NCBI GenBank assembly: GCA_902562205.1
Contig: CACESO010000004.1
Span: 6,665 to 70,664 of the forward strand
DNA: 64,000 bases
DNA from: an uncultured Pelagibacteraceae bacterium
GTDB lineage: Bacteria > Pseudomonadota > Alphaproteobacteria > Pelagibacterales > Pelagibacteraceae
Direction: 5' to 3'
In this document: one piece after another, positions 60,422 through 64,000 of the stretch
Layout of the letters: each line of letters opens with the position of its first letter
How positions within the stretch are numbered: the first letter of the stretch is position 1
Program-made: the position numbers and the translations under genes
Notes under the pieces: model-generated
The model's input: the letters and a program-made list of their open reading frames with translations, nothing else
Databases searched by the model: none
Told to the model about the DNA's origin: nothing

Positions 60422-61591
60422 ATGAAAAAAATTATTATATTAGGCTCTACCGGATCTATAGGGAGACAAACACTAGAGATTTTAAGGAAGGATAAAAAAA
60501 ACTTTGATGTTGTTTTACTATCAACTGATAAAAATATAAATCTTTTATTAAAACAAATAAAAATTTTTAAAGTAAAGAATGTAGTTGTCTCTAACAAAAA
60601 AAAATATGAAATTTTAAAAAAAAAAATAAAAAATGTAAATATATTTTCTGACTTTAAAGACATAGATAAAAAGATAAAGAGTAGAGCTGATTATACGATA
60701 TCTGCAATATCAGGCTTAGAGGGTTTAAACCCAACATTAAACATTATCAAAAAAACAAAACGTATCGCCATAGCAAATAAAGAGTCTATTATTTGTGGGT
60801 GGGAATTAATTAAAAAAGAAATTAAAAAATATAGAACTGAATTTATTCCTGTTGACTCAGAACATTTTTCTATTTGGTCAGTAATAAAAGATTATGATAG
60901 GTCAGATATAGAAAAAATTATTTTAACTGCTTCAGGCGGCCCTTTTCTCAATAAAAAGATCAAAAACAGTATAAAAATAAAGGATGCAACAAATCATCCA
61001 AATTGGCAAATGGGCAAAAAGATTTCAGTTGATTCAGCAACTTTAATGAATAAGATTTTTGAAATAATAGAGGCAAAAAAAATATTTGATATTGAGTTTA
61101 ATAAATTTGAAATCTTAATTCATCCAAAATCATATATTCATGCAATTGTAAAACTTAAAAATGGGTTAATTAAGATAGTTGCTCACGACACAAACATGCA
61201 GGTGCCAATTTCAAACTCAATATATATGGGGAGTTCAAATCGAAAATTCATTAAAACAAAAAAAATTGATTTGAATATTCTGAATTCACTAAATTTGCAA
61301 AAAGTTAATGAAAAAAAATTTCCAGTGATAAAACTTTTAAATAAAATGTCAAAAAAAAATAATTTATTTGAGACAATTTTGGTTTCAATGAATGATGAAC
61401 TTGTGAATCTTTTTTTAAATAATAAAATTAATTTTTTAGATATATCTTCAAAAATTTGTCATTTAATAAATTTACCAGTTTTTTCAAAATATAAGCTTCA
61501 AAAACCAATTAATTTAGCTCAAATTGAAAAATTAAATGAGTTTGTAAGATTGAAAACGAGAGCTTTAAGTGTAATATCGCAAAAAAAATGA
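60422..61591 (+). CDS. dxr: 1-deoxy-D-xylulose 5-phosphate reductoisomerase
   Basis: LGSTGSIG, ANKES, PVDSEH, LTASGGPF, HPNWQMG.KISVDSATLMNK. Confidence 0.96.
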   Translation: MKKIIILGSTGSIGRQTLEILRKDKKNFDVVLLSTDKNINLLLKQIKIFKVKNVVVSNKKKYEILKKKIKNVNIFSDFKDIDKKIKSRADYTISAISGLEGLNPTLNIIKKTKRIAIANKESIICGWELIKKEIKKYRTEFIPVDSEHFSIWSVIKDYDRSDIEKIILTASGGPFLNKKIKNSIKIKDATNHPNWQMGKKISVDSATLMNKIFEIIEAKKIFDIEFNKFEILIHPKSYIHAIVKLKNGLIKIVAHDTNMQVPISNSIYMGSSNRKFIKTKKIDLNILNSLNLQKVNEKKFPVIKLLNKMSKKNNLFETILVSMNDELVNLFLNNKINFLDISSKICHLINLPVFSKYKLQKPINLAQIEKLNEFVRLKTRALSVISQKK

Positions 61592-63816
61592 AATACTTAT
61601 TTATAATTTTGCTAGTATTTAAACTAACGTTCACGCAAGCATCAGGTGATGTTATTAATAAAGTTGAAATTAAAAATAATAATCGTATTACTAAAGAAAC
61701 AATAATTACTTTTGGTGGTATTGAATTAGGAAAAGATTATTCCGAACAACAATTAAATGAGATTTTTTTAGATCTTTTTAATACAAACTTTTTCTCAGAT
61801 ATCAAATTTAATGTTAAGGGAGACACTCTTATAGTTGAAGTTGAGGAAAGAAAAATTGTTCAAAAAGTTGTTTTAAACGGAATAAAGGCAGAAAAAAACA
61901 AAAAATTGATTTTAAAAAATTTAAGTATAAGAGAAAAAAGCCCATACGTAAATTTTTTGGCCAAACAAGATATTAGTAAAATTGAAAACGCTTTAAATAG
62001 TGCAGGTTATTATTTTAATGAAGTTGATGTAGTTATAAAAAATAATAATAATGATACGGTTGATTTAATATATAATATAAATCTAGGTGAAAAGGCTTTA
62101 ATTAAAAACATAATTTTTACAGGTGAAAAATATTTTAAAGATAAGAAATTGAAAAATGTAATCGTAAGTGAAGAAAGCAAGTTTTGGAAGTTTATTTCTA
62201 ATAAAAAATACTTAAATCCTGATCAAATTGACTTAGACATAAGGTTATTAGAAAAATTTTATTTAAATAAGGGTTTTTATAACGTTCAAATAAAAAATTC
62301 ATCAGCTATTTTTAACGATAACCATTTTAATCTAGTTTTCAATATTAATGCAGGAAATATTTATAATATAAGAGATACAAAACTAAATTTACCAGATGAT
62401 TTTGATAAAAAAGATTTTACAGAGGTTGAGAAAATTTTAAAAGATTTAAAAGGTGAAAAATATTCTTTAAACAAACTTAATAAAGTTGTTAAACAAATAG
62501 ACAAAATATCAGTCTCAAGATTATATGATTTCATAGATGCAACTATTGAAACTAATATTATCGAAGATGATAAGTTAGATATTGCTTTTGTTGTAAAAGA
62601 GAGTGAAAAATTTTATGTGAAAAAAATAAATGTAGTAGGTAATAATATTACCGAGGAAAGGGTAATACGTGACATGCTTGAAGTAGACGAAGGTGATCCT
62701 TTCAACAAGTTATTACATGCAAAATCAATAAATAATTTGAAAGGCAAAAATATTTTTCAAGAAGTAAATAGTGAAATTATAGATACACCAGATGCAAATT
62801 TAAAGGATATAAAAATAACTGTAGAAGAAAAGGCAACAGGTGAAGTACTTGTGGGTGCAGGTGTTGGTTCTGATGGTGGTACCGCCCAATTTTCAGTTGC
62901 AGAAAATAATTTCCTCGGCAAAGGTATAAGATTATCAACTAGTTTGAGAGTAAGTGAGGAACGTTTAAGAGGGAATTTTACAGTCACAAACCCAAATTTT
63001 AACTATTCGGATAAAGCACTTAGTACAGATATTTTTTTAACAGATACAGATAAATTATCAGACTCTGGTTATAAATCTACAAATGCTGGTTTTAGTCTTG
63101 GTACAGGATTTGAACAATATGATGATCTTTTTTTTAGACCTACTATAAGAACAACTTATGAAGATCTAACTACAAATTCATCTGCTAGCGCTAATTTAAA
63201 GAAACAGCAAGGATCTTATTTTACTACTGACTTCGGTTATGTTTTTGATTTAGATAAAAGAAATCAAAGATTTCAAACATCTGATGGTTTCCAGTCTAAA
63301 TTTATTCAAAACATTCCAATTATATCAGAGAGCAATACACTCTTAAATGGATATCAGTTTGATACGTATCATTCATTCAGCGATACTACAACTAGCTTAG
63401 GATTGTATTTGAGAGCGGTTACAGGATTGTCAGATGATGTTAGAATTTCTGAAAGAGTAAGATTACCAAGAAAAAGATTAAGAGGTTTTGAGTCAGGAAA
63501 AATTGGACCAGTTGATGCTGGCGACCATGTAGGTGGAAATTATGCAGCTTCATTAAACTTTCAAACAAACTTACCTTTTTTGTTTCCAGGTTTCCAAAGT
63601 GTAGATTTTAATTATTTTGTTGATGCCGGGAATGTTTGGGGTGTTGATTATTCAAATTCTGTAGGGGACTCAAGTCAAATAAGAAGCTCAACAGGTGTTG
63701 GAGTTGAATGGTTTTCTCCAATAGGACCTTTTACCTTCACGCTAGCTCAACCATTATCAAAAGTAGATACGGACAAAACACAAGGTTTTCAATTTAATTT
63801 AGGTACAACTTTTTAA
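61588..63816 (+). CDS. bamA: Outer membrane protein assembly factor BamA
   Basis: Signal peptide, POTRA repeats, LRGF, D.GNVW, SPIGP, C-terminal FNLGTTF. Confidence 0.95.
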   Translation: MKYLFIILLVFKLTFTQASGDVINKVEIKNNNRITKETIITFGGIELGKDYSEQQLNEIFLDLFNTNFFSDIKFNVKGDTLIVEVEERKIVQKVVLNGIKAEKNKKLILKNLSIREKSPYVNFLAKQDISKIENALNSAGYYFNEVDVVIKNNNNDTVDLIYNINLGEKALIKNIIFTGEKYFKDKKLKNVIVSEESKFWKFISNKKYLNPDQIDLDIRLLEKFYLNKGFYNVQIKNSSAIFNDNHFNLVFNINAGNIYNIRDTKLNLPDDFDKKDFTEVEKILKDLKGEKYSLNKLNKVVKQIDKISVSRLYDFIDATIETNIIEDDKLDIAFVVKESEKFYVKKINVVGNNITEERVIRDMLEVDEGDPFNKLLHAKSINNLKGKNIFQEVNSEIIDTPDANLKDIKITVEEKATGEVLVGAGVGSDGGTAQFSVAENNFLGKGIRLSTSLRVSEERLRGNFTVTNPNFNYSDKALSTDIFLTDTDKLSDSGYKSTNAGFSLGTGFEQYDDLFFRPTIRTTYEDLTTNSSASANLKKQQGSYFTTDFGYVFDLDKRNQRFQTSDGFQSKFIQNIPIISESNTLLNGYQFDTYHSFSDTTTSLGLYLRAVTGLSDDVRISERVRLPRKRLRGFESGKIGPVDAGDHVGGNYAASLNFQTNLPFLFPGFQSVDFNYFVDAGNVWGVDYSNSVGDSSQIRSSTGVGVEWFSPIGPFTFTLAQPLSKVDTDKTQGFQFNLGTTF

Positions 63817-63821
63817 ATTTA

Positions 63822-64000
63822 ATGAAGAAAATATTAATTTGTATTTTATTTTTTATTTTTTTTATTATTCCATCACATTCATATTCAAGTGAAAAAATTG
63901 TTTATCTTGATTTGGAGAAAATTATGCAGGAATCAATTGCTGGAAAGTCTATAATAACTCAACTAAAAAAAAAGAGAGAATCATCAACATCAAAATTGAA
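63822..64000 (+). CDS. skp: OmpH/Skp family periplasmic chaperone, 5' part; runs off the window end
   Basis: Hand-read MKKILICILFFIFFIIPSHSYSSEKIVYLDLEKIMQESIAGKSIITQLKKK...; position after bamA. Confidence 0.75.
   Translation, partial: MKKILICILFFIFFIIPSHSYSSEKIVYLDLEKIMQESIAGKSIITQLKKKRESSTSKL

Noticed and set aside
331-62987. Many short track ORFs antisense to or nested in long genes (e.g. 331-576, 6619-6987, 12642-12959, 27491-27820, 48611-49141, 54664-55131, 57688-57963)
   Set aside because: They are shadows of well-supported genes on the opposite strand or frame, with Ser/Phe/Ile/Leu-rich composition typical of reverse-read AT-rich codons and no motifs.
1-64000. CRISPR arrays, rRNA, riboswitches, and defence or toxin-antitoxin systems
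   Set aside because: No regularly spaced direct repeats, long GC-rich RNA genes or recognisable defence domains were found by eye; intergenic gaps are mostly too short to hold them.

Overview
Very AT-rich, streamlined alphaproteobacterial chromosome segment with minimal intergenic DNA and many overlapping stop/start codons. Gene content and order point to SAR11/Pelagibacterales (inference). Bases 1-26.8 kb are mostly accessory and metabolic genes: sulfonate desulfonation (suyAB, xsc, an HpsO-like SDR); an Anbu-type proteasome-like peptidase divergent from a circularly permuted ATP-grasp ligase that runs into a glucosylglycerate cluster (gpgP-gpgS-GH13_18 phosphorylase); a GT2-methyltransferase plus a frameshifted polytopic membrane gene; a small secreted Cys/Met/His protein divergent from an IsdG-like monooxygenase; a GMC oxidoreductase; TRAP and NCS1 transporters; and several small ORFs missing from the track. 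Bases 26.9-64 kb are core genes: tRNA-Leu-tig-clpP-clpX-lon, tRNA-Val/Asp, nuoA-N, birA-coaX-rnj-proS-lolE/D-dnaE, and rpsB-tsf-frr-uppS-cdsA-dxr-bamA-skp, where pyrH and rseP are cleanly missing from their usual slots. No mobile element, prophage or CRISPR array was seen. The best candidate for an undescribed system is the reduced Anbu/ATP-grasp pair linked to glucosylglycerate metabolism. All product calls come from motif recognition by eye; no database searches were run.
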